From Vicugna vicugna (Eukaryota): a stretch of DNA of 64,000 nt. Both the position numbers and the translations under genes were made by a program. The stretch is taken from positions 248,001-312,000 of the forward strand of contig MU058718.1 in NCBI GenBank assembly GCA_013265495.1, in the 5' to 3' direction. The notes beneath the pieces were generated by a model. That model had not been told where the DNA came from and ran no database searches. It saw only the letters and a list, made by a program, of their open reading frames with translations. Of this stretch, positions 27,701-42,700 are shown in pieces; within the stretch, counting starts at the first letter, position 1, and the number at the start of each line of letters is the position of its first letter.

Positions 27701-30700
27701 AGCAAACATAAGAAAGCTATTTGGATGGAGGAAGTAGACCAATCTAGGAAGTATAGTATCCAAATAATAGGAATTCCAGAAAAAGAGTACAGAAAAAATA
27801 GAAAGGAAATGATCAATAAAATGGTGTAAAAATTTTCCCCAGAACTGGAGGACATGAATTCCAGATTGAGAGAGCCTCCTGAGTGCCTTGCTCTGTGAAC
27901 AGAGTAGACCCACACCAATGCCCGTCATTAAGTATAACAACTCTTGGGATGAAGAAAAAACTCTAGATGCTTCCAGAGAGAAATCAAGTTTCGTACAAAG
28001 GGTCAAGAATCAGAATAGCCTTGGATTTCTCAACTGCGACATTTAAAGCTGGGAGAACAAAGCAGGGAAATAACCTCCCACCTGGAGTTCTGTAGCAACC
28101 AATCTAATGTAATGGTGGAAAGGCATTTTCCAGAGACACACAGTCTCAAATTTTACTTCCCAAGCCCTCTTTCTGAGGAAACTGAGAAAGTACCTCGCAA
28201 AAATGAGGGAGTGAGCCAGAAATGAGGGAGGAGATAGGAATGATTCCCAGAAAGGGGCCAAGAGAATTGAGGCCGTGGGGAGCCAAGAAGGTGTGCAGCA
28301 CACTTAGGAAGTAGTAGTTCCCATCAGAGCAGGGGGGTCAAGGGATCTGCTAGATCTGTCTCTGGAAAGCTGAATGGAGTAAAATACCTGATTTGTTTAT
28401 TAAATTGTGTTAAGAGGAGATTTATACTTACTGTGAAGAGTTGTTTTTTTGTTTTTTTTGTAATTTTTTTTTTGTAGGGGGGAGATAATTAGGTTTTTTT
28501 ATTTTTAAAGGAGGTGCTGGGGATTGAACTGAGGACCTCATGCATATTGAGCATGTGCTCTACCACTTGAGCTATACCCTCTCCCAACTGTGAAGAGTTT
28601 AGAGTGAATTGATGATACACACATGAACAACTAAGCAAGCCAAAAGCAAAATAATTATCAAGTCTAGAGAAACTGTAACAAAACATAATCATCTCAATAG
28701 CTATATGGCTCAGATGTGAATAGTGTTTATGTAGTTGTAATAATGTAAGCATTGCTTTATGATCAGTTTTTATATATTTACCGGTTTTCATATTGAAGAG
28801 TTGATTCACTAGTATCTTTCAATGGTAATCAATTAATTTTGTGTTTCTTAATATCATTAATTTATAGCTTTAAAGATATTTGTTTTCATTGTTTTTAGTT
28901 ACTATCTTTATTGATGTTCATTTCTCACCTTTGGCCAGTAGGAGCCTTTTCACATTGGCTGCTGGGGCCTTTTTTATCTTTTTAAAGAGTTGCACTAAGT
29001 AAATAAATAAATGAATGAATGAATGAATGAATAAAGAGTTATACTGAAGTATAACCTACATATCACAAAATTTGCCCATTTTAAGTGTATAATTTGATGA
29101 TTTTCAGTAAATTTACAAACTTGTACAACCATCACCATAATCTAAATTTAGAACATTTTTACCACCACAAAAAGATCCTTCCTGCCCATTTGCAAGTCAT
29201 TCCCACTCCTAGTCCCAAGTGACCACTAATCTTCTTGCTGTCTTTGTAGATTTGCCATTTCTGGATATTTCATGTAAAGTGAAAATAATACATTAAATAG
29301 TCTTTTGTATGCGGCTTCTTTCATTTAGCATGATGTTTTTGAAGTTCATGTTGTAGTTTGTATCTGTACTTTAATTACCAATTGATGGACATTTAGATTG
29401 TTTCTACTCTTTGGTAATTATGAATTATCTTTTATGAATATTCATGTAGAATATTAATGTGAACATGTATTTTCATTTCTCCAGGGTAGATACCTATATA
29501 TTGCTGGAACATACGGAAAATTTATGTTTAACTTTTTAAGAAACTGCCAAACTTTTCCGAAGTGATTACACCACTTTAGGTTCCCACCAGCGTGTGTGTT
29601 CCTATTTCCCACATCCATACTTGCTATTGTCTGTCTTTTTTAGTATAGCCATCCTACTGGGTATGAAGTGTCTCATTCTAGTTTTGATTTGTATTTCTCT
29701 AATGAGTAATGTTAACCATCTTCTCATGTGCAAATTAGCCATTTATAATGTCTCTTTTGGCAAAATGCCTAGTCAGATCTTTTGCCCATTTTTAAATCGG
29801 GTTTGCTTTTTTGTTGTTGAGTTGTAAGTATTTTTTGTATATCCTGGATACAAGTCCTTTATCAGAAATGTTATTTGCAAATATTTTCTCCCAGTTTGTA
29901 GCTTGTCTTGATTTTCTTAATGTCTTTTGAGGTGCAAATTTTTTTTTTTAGATGAAGTTCAGTTTATTGATTTTTTCCTTTATGTTGTGATTATGTCTAA
30001 GAACGCTTTTTGCCTAACCACAGATCCCAAAGATTTTCTCTTTATGTTTTCTTCTAAAAGTGTTATAGTTTTAGCTCTTACAGTTAGAGCTATGATCCAT
30101 TTAGAGTTCATTTTTGTGTATTGTGTAAGTGTCTAAATTCATCTTTTTTCTTGTGGATATCCAATCTTCCCAGTTCTGTTTGTTGAAAAGGCTGTCCTTT
30201 CCTCATTGAATTGCAGTGGCAACTTATTGGGAATCAGTTGAGCACAAATGTAATCCTCGGTCTTTCTGACTTTTAAATTTTTTTGAGAGAGATTGAGAAT
30301 ACATATGAGTATAAATGCATAATAAGGGGACTTAAATAAAGTTTACCAAACTGTTAACACTGGTTACCTCTTGGAGGAGATTGGAAATACTAGAAGGATG
30401 GGGATATTATTTGAATCTTTCAAAATGAGATTGTATCAAGAGAATGAGAAGGCAAGCCACAAACTGAGAGAAAATATTTGCAAAAATATATATCTGATAA
30501 AGAACTGTCTCCAAAATATACAAAGAACCTTTAAAACAATCTGATTTTAAAATGGAAAAAAGACCTGAACAGACACTTTGCCAAAGATGATATAGATGGC
30601 ATATATAGATCTATTCATATAGATACAGATGGCAAGGAAGCATATGAAAAGATAAAGCTCGATATTGTACATTATTAAGGATTTGCGAATTAAAATTGCA

Positions 30701-33700
30701 ATGAGATGGGGGGAGAGTATAGCTCAGTGGTAGAGTACGTGCTTAGCATACACGAGGTCCTGGGTTCAATCCCCAGTACCTCCACTGAGAAGCAAACCTA
30801 ATTATCACTGCTCCCCACCCCCACCCCCCAAAAAAACATATTATGAGATACCACTGCATGCCTATTAGAATGGCAAAAATCCAAACCACTGACAACACCA
30901 AATGCTGGTAAGGATGTAGAGCACCAGAAACTGATTTATTGCTGACAGGAATGTGAAATGGTACAGCCACTTTGGAAGATAGTTGTCAGTTTCCTACAAA
31001 ACTAAACACGTTCTTATCTTACAATCCAGCAATCACAGTTCTTGGTATTTACCCAAATGATTGAAAATATTTGTCCACACAAAAACATGTACACAAATGT
31101 TTATAGCATCTTTATTCATAATTGCCAAAACTTGGAAGCAATGAAGATGTCCTTCAGTAGGGGAATGGTTAAGTAAACTGTAAAAGAGAGAGAGGGAGGG
31201 AGAGATTGTGTTCACATTGTAATTTAGGAAACAAAAACATTTTAGTGATCAAAAGTAATTTAGTGGGGGAGGGTTTAGCTCAAGTGGTAGAGCACATGCT
31301 TAGCATGCACGAGGTCCTGGGTTCAATCCTCAGTACCTCCTCTGTAAATAAATAAACCTATTTACCTCCTCCCCCCAAAATAAAATAATTAAAATAATAC
31401 AATAATAAATAAAATATTTTTAAAATGTCAAAAAAAATTTTTAAGTAATTTAGGAGAGTTATTTGTATATGGCATCCTCTATGTAGATTTTGAAGGTTCA
31501 CAAGACCAAAGATAACAGTGAACAATTTTACCATAATAAGAGTTTTTTACTTGAATACTAAATTGAGAATGATTGAGCCTAATTTTATGTTGCCATTCTC
31601 AATTCTTTTTGAAGCTTCAGTTTATTAGTTTGTAATTTTACTGTGGTTAGCATTAATCTGATAAACTTGTGCTTTATTTATTAACAGATAGAAGACGTAA
31701 ACCAAAAATTCAACAATCTGACCAAACTTGAGGAATCTGGATGGCAAAACGATAACAATACAAGCAAAAAAGTTTTTCGGGTAAGTCTGTGGGTTTCTAA
31801 TACAGACTCTTCTACTTTAGTACTTTAGAGTTTTTATTTTCAAGCTTTAAAAACTTTTAGCTTCAGATTTTTCATCATTTTATAAAATAAGTTTCACACA
31901 CTGTTTGCAGTGTCCTGATTGTCTTTGAAGATAGATTAAGAAATGATCAGCTCAAATTCAGGGTAGTTATTTCTGGAGGGAGTAAAGATAGGAGATGTGA
32001 TTGGATTGGGACACCACATGAGCTTCTGAGTTGCTAAATAGTGGATATATGTGTGTTTGTTTTATTCTTTAACCCCATTTATACATTTTTTGGTAATAAT
32101 AATAAACAGTAGAAGTAGGTAATTTATATTTTGCTTAGTACATGCCACATGTTGTTCTGATTACTTTACATGTATTAAATCATTTAATCCTCAGCAATCC
32201 TCTTGAGGTAGGTGTTATTATCCCCTTTTTATAGTTGAGGAACATAAGGCCCAGGAAGATTAAGTTGCTTGCCCACGGTAGAGCTGCGTTTCAGGCCAGA
32301 CTTTCTCATTGCAGTATCCCTGTTCTTATCCAGCAGGCTGTGCTGTCTCTTTTGTGTGATATATTTCAAAATGAAACAATTTCTTAAATAGAAAAGTAGA
32401 ACAATGGCTCTTTAGAACATGTCTTCTTCCCTATACTTTATCTTGAAAAATTTCCTGTTACTTTTCTCTGTAAAATTTGCTTTATCATAATAGATTCCAT
32501 TCTTATCTATTTGTAGAATTTTTTTTTCTAGTAATGTTTTAAACTCAGAGGTTTTGGTTCAGATAACTACTTCTCAAACCACCTTAGAGCATTGCCAGTT
32601 TTCCTTTTAGATTTTAGAAAAATGCCTGTGGTTATAAAATCAGGTTTCTAGATTGGTACTTTATTATGCTATGTAATCAAATAAAAACTGTTTTGAATCC
32701 TTAGGAGTTTAAGATGTTAGAGTTATGCTAAACTTTTTTTTAAAAAAGATATTTTAGAGTGTTAAAGGAACATTTTTTCTTTAATTTTTTTTTTATGAAC
32801 TTTTACTATAGGAAACTTTTTCTGTTGGTGGTAATCTAACATTGATTTAATGTGCTGCGTATGTGAATTTAAAACATCTAAGGCTATCCCCACCCTGTCT
32901 CCAGTTTCTTTTTTTTTTTTTTCTCTGTGATTTATCATAACATTTTGTGTATATTTCCCTGTGCTATACAGTGTAATCTTGTTTATCTATTCTACAATTT
33001 TGAAATCCCAGTCTATCCCTTCCCACCCTCTACCCCCCTGGTAACCACAAGTCTGTATTCTCTGTCCATGAGTCTTTAGATTCCACATATGAGCGATCTC
33101 ATATGGTATTTTTCTTTCTCTTTCTGGCTTACTTCACTTAGAATGACATTCTCTAGGAGCATCCATGTTGCTGCAAATGGCGTTATGTTGTCGGTTTTTA
33201 TGGCTGAGTAGTATTCCATTGTATAAATATACCACCTCTTCTTTATCCAGTCACCTATTGATGGACATTTAGGCTGTTTCCATGTTTTGGCTATTGTAAA
33301 TAGTGCTGCTATGAACATTGGGGTGCAGGTGTCATCCTGAAGTAGATTTCCTTCTGGATACAAGCCCAGGAGTGGGATTCCTGGGTCATATGGTAAGTCT
33401 ATTCCTAGTCTTTTGAGGAATCTCCACACTGTTTTCCATAGTGGCTGCACCAAACTGCATTCCCACCAGCAGTGTAGGAGGGTTCCCCTTTCTCCACAGC
33501 CTCTCCAGCATTTGTCATTTTTGGATTTTTGAATGACGGCCATTCTGACTGGTGTGAGGTGATACCTCATTGTAGTTTTGATTTGCATTTCTCTGATAAT
33601 TAGTGATATTGAGCATTTTTTCATGTGCTTTTTGATCATTTGTATGTCTTCCTTGGAGAATTGCTTGTTTAGGTCTTCTGCCCATTTTTGGATTGGGTTG

Positions 33701-36700
33701 TTTATTTTTTTCTTATTGAGTCGTATGAGCTGCTTATATATTTTGGAGATCAAGCCTTTGTCGGTTTCACTTGCAAAAATTTTCTCCCATTCCGTAGGTT
33801 TTCTTCTTGTTTTATTTCTGGTTTCCTTTGCTCTGCAGAAGCTTGTAAGTTTCATTAGGTCCCATTTGTTTATTCTTGCTTTTATTTCTTCTAGGAGAAA
33901 ATTTTTGAAATGTATGTCAGATAATGTTTTGCCTATGTTTTCCTCTAGGAGGTTTATTGTATCTTGTCTTATGTTTAAGTCTTTAATCCATTTTGAGTTG
34001 ATTTTTGTATATGGTGTAAGGGTGTGTTCTAGCTTCATTGTTTTACATGCTGCTGTCCAGTTTTCCCAACACCATTTGCTGAAGAGACTGTCTTTATTCC
34101 ATTGTATATTCTTGCCTCCTTTGTCGAAGATGAGTTGACCAAAAGTTTGTGGGTTCATTTCTGGGCTCTCTATTCTGTTCCATTGGTCTATATGTCTGTT
34201 TTGGTACCAATACCATGCTGTCTTGATGACTGTAGCTCTATAGTATTGTCTGAAGTCTGGGAGAGTTATTCCTCCAGCCTCTTTCTTTCTCTTCAGTAAT
34301 GCTTTAGCAATTCTAGGTCTTTGATGGTTCCATATAAATTTTATTATGATTTGTTCTAGTTCTGTGAAATATGTCCTGGGTAATTGGATAGGGATTGCAT
34401 TAAATCTGTAGATTGCCTTGGGCAGTGTGACCATTTTAACAATATTGATTCTTCCAATCCAAGAGCATGGAATATCTTTCCATTTTTTAAAGTCTTCTTT
34501 AATTTCCTTCATCAATGGTTTATAGTTTTCTGTGTATAATTCTTTCACCTCCTTGGTTAGATTTATTCCCAGATATTTTATTACTTTGGGTGCTATTTTA
34601 AAGGGGATTGTTTCTTTACTTTCTTTTTCTGTTGATTTATCATTAGTATAAAGAAATAAAGGAACATTTTAATAAAATTATTTTACTAATTGTTATGACA
34701 AGGACTCTAAGGACATTAACAAAACCGACTGAATGAATTTTTATTTAAATCTACTAAACAGTGGAGGATGCTTGAACATTTTGAAGCTACTGTGTGTATT
34801 TCTTATTGAGTACTCAGTCGTGAAAGTATTTCTATCATTGGTGCAGATAATGGCTGTATATCAGTATATCAGGGCCTTGTAATTCTGCCCCTTATCACCA
34901 GGTGTCTCTCTCCTACTTTATTTTATAGGCTGCTATTAAGATAATCGAACAAATAAAACTTATGTTTTACATACACGTTGGTACCATTCCCTTCTACCTC
35001 CTGTTCATTGATTTCTCATTCTGTCACTTAGCCTTGTTTTCTCTTTCCCTATTTTTTTCCTTCAGGTTTTAAATGTATTTAAGAGTCTTTGTTACATTAA
35101 AAAAAAAAATCTAAACCTACGATGTCCACATCTCTCTCCAGTTATCTAAACCACCCCTTCCCCATTCCCATTTCTTTCTTCCTACAGACAAGCTTCCTGA
35201 AAAAAGTTGTCTATACTGTCTTTACTTTTTTGATTCCCACTTACCTTTCCAACTCACTGCAATTCAGTGTCATTCTTCTCTATGCCTCTAAAACAATTAT
35301 AACCAAGGTTACTGATCCACTAGTTATTGTAGTTATTAGACACGTTATTATACAATCTAATCCCTCTGTAGCATTAAATACAGTCTATTGTCCCCTTCTT
35401 AAAATTTTATTCTACTGATTTTCCTCCTACCTCTGCACTCATTCTTCAGTCATGTTTGCAAGTTTCTGTTTCCCTACCTCAACTTTCTTCTCTCCTTCTA
35501 TATTCTTCCTGTGCAATCTTACCAACTTTGCAAAGATTCCTAAATCTGTGTTTCAAACCACTTACTGCTAAGTCCTAGTTCCATGTATCTTGACACAGTA
35601 TACCTTAAAATCAGTATATCCCAAACCGAAATCATCTCCACACACATCGATGTTTCCCTGTCTCAGAGAATGGTATTAGCATCCCACCAGGTGTCCAAGA
35701 TAGAAACCTGGCAACCTTCTTTGGTCCTTTCCTTTCTGTATTTCACCATCTTCACCCACACACATCCAGAAGATCACTAAGTCTTCTCAAGTCTCTCTCT
35801 TCAATATCTCCTCAATATGTTCACTTTTTTCATTTTTTTTCCTCCTTAATCTAACCAGTTTCATCTTTTCCACTATCACTGCACTGGTCTCCTTAACTGG
35901 CTTGTAACTCTCTAATCCATTGGCCAGAGTGACCTTTCCAAAACACAAATTTGATAATGTTAACCTCCTGATTAAAAATCATCAGTAATCTCTATTCCTT
36001 TGTCCTCTATATAAATAGCTCCTCAAAATGGTTACATGCCGGGGATTATAATTAGCTGCTGCTTATCTCTTGCCAACTCCTCGGTGCTTTCTTTCACTTC
36101 TGGTTTTGCAGATATGCTAATTCTCTCTACCTAGCCCTTTCTTCATCCCATCCTGTAGCCCAGCTAGCTGTGATTTCAGCTCAGGTGCTTCTTCCTCTGA
36201 GCCTTTCTTGGTGCCTCTGAAGATTGATTAATTGATAAATTCAGTCCTCTGAAATATTGAATTATTTCTAACATGACGTTCTTCTCAGTGTCCTTGTCTA
36301 GCTCTTCCACTGTGAAGCTGAGAACTCCTTGATGGCAGGACCTTTGTTCTTTATTTTTTGACCCCCAGCATTTTTAGCAGATACTAGGAGATTGATAAGT
36401 ATATGATGAATGTGTTAAATATTTTATGTATGTTTTGTTTTTCTAATAAGATAGTAATGAGTAGCTTTAATAAATATTATAATTTCTCTTTGCAGAAAAA
36501 AGTTGTCTCGAGTATAACAAGTAAACCTAAACAGGACGATGGTGGCAGAATTGCAGCTAGAAATCGCCTCGCTGCTGTAAAAAGTGCACTGAGAGAGAGA
36601 ATGAAGCAGGAAGAACGTGCTGAGGCAGCGGCCTCTGCCATGCCAAGGGAGGTGGATAAAGTAGTGTTTGATGCTGGGTTTTTCAGAATTGAGAGTCCTG

Positions 36701-39700
36701 TTAAGTCATTCTCAGGTTAGTTTTTCTGCTGAGGTTACTGAAAAGAAATATTTAGATTGGATGGGAGCTTATATAAGAAGTGAAAAATAGTTTTCACAGA
36801 AGATTTATATGCTTTCTATGATTTCTGAGAAATGGCTTATGGAAGGTGGTTTTGGTTAAATTTTCATTTATATTAAAACTTTTCCTCAGGTCTTTTTGAA
36901 ATGCAGTACATGTCCCAGTTCCCTAATTGAAAATATTCCAGTGTAAACAGCTTTTAATACTTGAGGAAACAATTCTTAAGATTTTCTAACTCTGGTTATA
37001 TTTTTCAGTAGCTTTTTTTCATAGCTATCTTTATTAGATTGAGTTTATTTACCTTGACTGAAATTATTTATAAGCCATATAATGAGAGGTCGTAGTTAAA
37101 GTAATCTGTTCCTTAAATCTTGGCAGGCACTTCTATCAGTGCTTTAATGTGCTTATTTTCAAGGAGAAATGGGCCACATCTACTTCAAGCACCAATTGGG
37201 TAAAGAAATGTTTCCCTGTTATTTAACTTTGTCCACTAGGAAGTCTTCTGAAAATAAACTTGAGTTGTTACTCAATATTTACATTAAAATGTAAATTTAT
37301 CACCCCAAGTACGTTCTAACCTCCCTGTCAATTTAGGTATCATACCTACTGTGGTTTTGGTTTGCCTCCTTTAAACAGCTGCACTCCCTGGATACCCAGG
37401 AATTGCCTCACTGTTAATGACATGGCTCCTTGCTGCCTACTTCCCAAAGATCCTAGTAGTTTCCATGACTATGTGCGCATCGCTGTCTGTCCTTTCATAT
37501 ACCCAACTTGACACTTACGACTGTGGAGATCAAGGCTTTTAGCCAAAATTGATCTTTTTGAAATTGAGTTTTAGTTATTGAATACATAGTTTATATGAGG
37601 CTTTTTACAAAACAGAAGTCCTCAGGAAGCCCCTCTCATCCCATTTGTCACTTCTAAAGGCAACTACTTTCAGTGCTTAAAGGAGGCTTGGAGTGTTAAG
37701 TTGTTTATGGCTCCCTCTAAGCAAGGTGTAGTCTTTTTTTTTTCTTGAATTACTCCTTTGGTCTAGTCTCCTTGGTTCTCTTTGATCTTTTTTTAGAAAT
37801 ACATATTTTTCTCCTGATACATAGACTTTTTTTCATTCTTTGCTGTGCTTGTCATTTTCTTCTACTTCCTGGATTTCTTCAACTTTCATGACTATCTTGT
37901 TTTTAATTCCCAGAGCTCTTTCTCATTCTTTGAATGTTCCATTTTATAACATTCTGTACTTGTTTCATAAGTGTACTTTCTTATCTTTCTGAGGACATTA
38001 GCTTTTATGTGTTCTTCCCCCTGGATAGTCAGTATTTGTTCCAAGATACTTTCATTTGTTTGGTTTTGATTTTGATCAATCATATTAGAGGCTTTCCTTG
38101 GGTGTCTGATGATAGTTCACTGCCTGCTCATGGTTAAGAAAGAGCAGGGCTCCCCACAGCAGCACATGGGTAATAAGGTCTTTACTGTGGAGTAATTGAG
38201 CTGTACCATTAAGCTGGGAACTTACACGTCACTGTATTTAAGTCTTTTTTCATGGGCTATTCAGATTCCCTGGAGAAGATCCTTCAGTCTGCTGCCTGGA
38301 GGGTGTAATTCTGGCTGCCAGTCTTTCAGGAGCCACGTTGGGGGCAGGGGATAGAGGAGGGAGGCAAACAAGTGTTTCAACAGTTTTTGTGAATACTCTC
38401 TTAATTCCTCCTTTTTCCACATAGAAGCCATCTCTCAACCTTACCTGATACCCCTTAAACCAGAGACCCTCTATTTCACCTTTATGGGCAATCAGCCTCT
38501 AGTTTTCTGATTTTGGTGGTGGGAGGGAGTTGTTGACAGTTGCCCAGCTGAGCAGAATGAGGAAAGGAATTTGTGCTCTCATTGGTCTTTAAATTGACTT
38601 TGAACTAATCTTCCCATTTTTAGCTTCATTTTTATCTCTGCTTCTAGAGATACGTGAGGCCACCAATTCTTTTGAGGAATGCTGTGGTATAAACTGGGTT
38701 GATTCTCATCTTTCCTGATTGATGGTTTGGGATTTGTTTTTCTGGGTCTACTAAGTAATACCCCACTCACTCATTCACATTATGCTTTAAAATTTTTCTG
38801 GTTATTGTTATCTCTTCTTTAGTTTCCTTTGTCCTTGAAAATTGTATTTCAAATTTTTAAAAGTCGCTGCACTTAAAAAAAGATGTTTTGTCCTTATAAC
38901 GTTCTACCTTTAAAGATTATCTCCATTACTGTTTATAGTAGTGGGATGTCAAGAAGTTTCATGTGTGTGTTCAGGACTGTCTTTAACTGGAAGTCTTGAC
39001 TTTAACAGACATTATTTTATAGAGAAAGAGGCTAGTTGGTAGGGGAATAGGAAGAATTTGCACTGTCTTCCTATTTATAATGAAAAATGAATGAAAGAGC
39101 TTTTTGATATTGAGATGATTTTTCTCATCTTCTAGGGCTTTCTTCTGAATGTCTTTCTCAAAGACTTAGAACACCTAATTCTGTCAGCAAAGCTATGTCT
39201 GAGAGCAGGCCTGAGATGGGCCTTCTAAGACAAACTGCACCAGAGAATCCTGATCCTCAGAGTACCAAAAGTGAACATGTTGAAAAGACTTTGATTTCAA
39301 ATATTTCTGAAAACAGGTATTTAATTTTTTTAAAAAAGGTATTTCTTTAATGTGTTATTACTAAGAATTTAATAGATGCAGACATTAAATACCATTTCAG
39401 ATTGTTAACCTGATTCAATATGCAAGATACATGTTAATTAAATTTCACCGTGACCCTATAACATATAGGCAGTACTTATGTTTTATATATGAGGAAATGA
39501 AGGCTTAAAATTTCAGATTGGTAAATGGTCATATTTAGGTGGGCAAAGTAAATTCTGCAGAATTAAGTAGAAAGGAAGCAAAATAGTGTCCTCTGGTGCT
39601 AAACAGCCTGCAACTATGGTGATTGACAGATTCGAGCTCAAAACCAGCTGTATGACATGCTAGCTTTGGCACAAGTTTAATTAGCTCATTTAGCTTCAGT

Positions 39701-42700
39701 TTTATCACCTACAAAACAGTGCTGATACTTCCCTGCAGGGTCATTGAGAGTTAGGCACTTTTGTACCAGCCCTTATAGAAAGCACCTGAGGACTGCAGAT
39801 TTGACAGATGGCAGAGCAGAGAGAAGGGGGAGCTAGTATGTCTTAAACAATTATTATGGGCTAGATGTGGTTCTAGATTCCTATCATATTATCTCATTTA
39901 ATTTTCAAAACAACCATGTGAGGTTCTAGATCACCATTTTCAAAAATGAGAAAACTTGCGGTTAGTAACTTACCCGAATTCAATGTACAATTAGTAAATT
40001 AGATGTTGCCTGCATTCTTTCTGCTACATAATACTGCCCTCTGCAGAGATACATCAAAATTACTTGTACAGTCCTTGTTCATGGAACATAAATATGACAG
40101 GAAAAAGGTACTTTAAGTGGAAAATAAAATTGTAATCTGGAGCCAAGAGAGGACTATTAGATTTATTATTAATCTGGAGATGGGACAGCATTAAATACTC
40201 AGCCACTGCAGCAAACAAGGCTGTCAAAAAATAAAGAATACCTTATGAATTGAAATAAGGGAAACAAATGAAAATTTTTGTTCTTAGATATTTGAGGGAA
40301 CAAGTTTTAAAATTTCTAGTTTTTAGTATAAACCAAAGTATATTTAGCCTTTGTGAGGACTAAAATATTTTAAATGTTTAAGAAATCTGTGGATTATAAA
40401 TTACCAATTTATTGTCATTTCTTAAATGTAAGTTACTTTACTTTGTATGTCCTGCAGTGAACTATCTTGTACTTAAAAAATCCAAAATTGTATTTGAATG
40501 ATATTACAAGTACCCTTGAAAAATTGTATTTTTACTTAATTCCCAAAAGTAGTTCTGAAAGAGCATCTTACAAAAAAATAACTTTATATAATGAAGGCAA
40601 AGTGAAGCTGAAAACTAGAAAAACAGTATATTTTTCTTAACAAATGACTCCAAGAGGTTGAGAGAGATGTTTCTAATAAAATGCAAGTTAAGAACTTCAG
40701 AATTAGAGTACATTATGCTACAGCTAACAAGTAAATTTAACTAACTCCAGCTATACAATAGTTGAGGTGCTGCTTCAATCCCTCAAAAATGAGCTTTATC
40801 CTAACTTTCCCTCTTAGATGGTTCTGGATTTGGCTAAGGTTCAAAAGATTGCTGGTAGACTGACCAACATGGTAACCGGCTTGTTGTGAGCTTTCTGGGG
40901 GAAAAAAATGCATTTGGTTTGTAAGGCCATCCTACAGTAGATATTATTCAAAACTAATCTGTTTGGATCTGGCCTGATTTTGGATGAGGCTCCATCTTTG
41001 GCCCATAAAGGATAGTCTCAAAACATAAATCAGAAGATAGCAATATGTTTAATTACCTGAGTACAATGCTGCTTTTTCCTTTTTCAGGAACAGCATAGTA
41101 GAAGATGCTATGAGTCCTGGATTACAAGATTTAATTGAAGTAAACCATGTAAGTTAAATCCTGTTCCAGTGCATTAGATAGTCCAGTTTATATCATTATA
41201 TAAAGTAACTCCATAAATAACCCCCAGAATTCCATTGGAAATTAGGCATATAAAATGATAGTTCTTGTCTCAAAGGCCTTTGACTCATTTCAGACCATGG
41301 TACAATTTGTATTTCAACTCATGTCAAGATTATTTTTGTAAAAAAGGTTTTATTGTAACACAGCTATAGTCATTTGTTTATGTATTATATCTGGCTGTTT
41401 TCGAGATACAGTGGTAGAGTATTCAGTATTTGTGGCAGAAACTCTTCAGCTCACAAAGCCTAAAATACTTATCGTTGATTTTTGAACAACGGTGGGAGGA
41501 TGTTGGAGTGTCAACCCTCTACACAGTCAAAATTCCACATATAACTTAGAGTTGGCGCTCCTTATATCCTCCGTTATCTGAGGTTCTGCATCCATAGATT
41601 CAACCAACTGCAGATGGTGTAGTACTGTAGTATTTACTATTGAAAAAAATTCATGGATAAGTGGACCCTCACAGTTCACATCTGTGTTCTTCAAGGGTCA
41701 ACTGTACTACTTGGCCCTTCACATAGAATGTTTGGCCGTCTGTCAACTGGAATATAGTATTTGCTGAGAAACTTTCCTTTGGTTATATTATTGCTGTAAT
41801 ATCTCATCTAATTGTTTAAGAAGCAAGATAATATGATTTACAATGTTTAGCTTGTACTCAGAATGTCATCCTTCTGTTGTGTCTTATTTTTAATAGCAGT
41901 AAGACCTTCTCTGTTTGTTTCAATTTTGAGTAATCATATGTTGTAACCATTTTTACTTCCAGGATATAAATAAGAAAAACTTTGAGATAGATTGTGTACC
42001 CAGTGAAAGAATGAGTTTGGCTCTTCTTGCTGGGAAAGTGGCAGATGATGTTAATACTAACAAAAAGGAAGAAATTTCAGATGTTGTAGAAGGAATGGAA
42101 CTCAATTCAGTTATAGCACAGGATGTTTGGATGATTAGCCCTGAAAAAAATATACCATCACAAAATAACATCTCACAGGAAGAAGAAACAAAAATTTCTC
42201 AGTCAGGTAAGGTCTATTTTAATATATTTAAACGAGGCTTTGTCAAATAAATGAACTTGGACTAAAGTATAGATTATTATAAACACTTCTGGATATAGTT
42301 TCCAAGAATGAAGTTTGACAAGTTACATACATACATGCAGTAAATATCTTATGAGAATTCATTTGTGCTATAGTACCCTACTCTCCACCCCCAAACCTTT
42401 TGAAATAGACCTGTTAAAAATCAACAGCAGATACGAATCCACATTGGATGTCAGTAGCATTTTACATTAGACCTAACTATTTGGGATCCTTCATTGTTTG
42501 TGAAGATTCAGAATTAGAAAAATTTCCTGAAATTTTTTTGGTTCTCTTTCTTTCTATCACACATCCTTGAACCTTTCTTCAAAACATGCCATTTTTCTTC
42601 CCTAATGCCTTTTCCTACCTGCTTTGTTGCAATTGTTCTTAAAAAGGAAATGGCTCTTGTATTTTTGACATAATATGATGTGTGATGGTTTCATCTGCTA

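Noticed and set aside
30708..30803. tRNA-like sequences (A and B boxes) here and at seven other sites
   Set aside because: They have A-rich tails and TSDs, vary between copies and lack a proper acceptor stem. They are SINEs, not tRNA genes.
33578..34138. 186-aa hydrophobic + strand ORF
   Set aside because: It is the antisense shadow of L1 ORF2.
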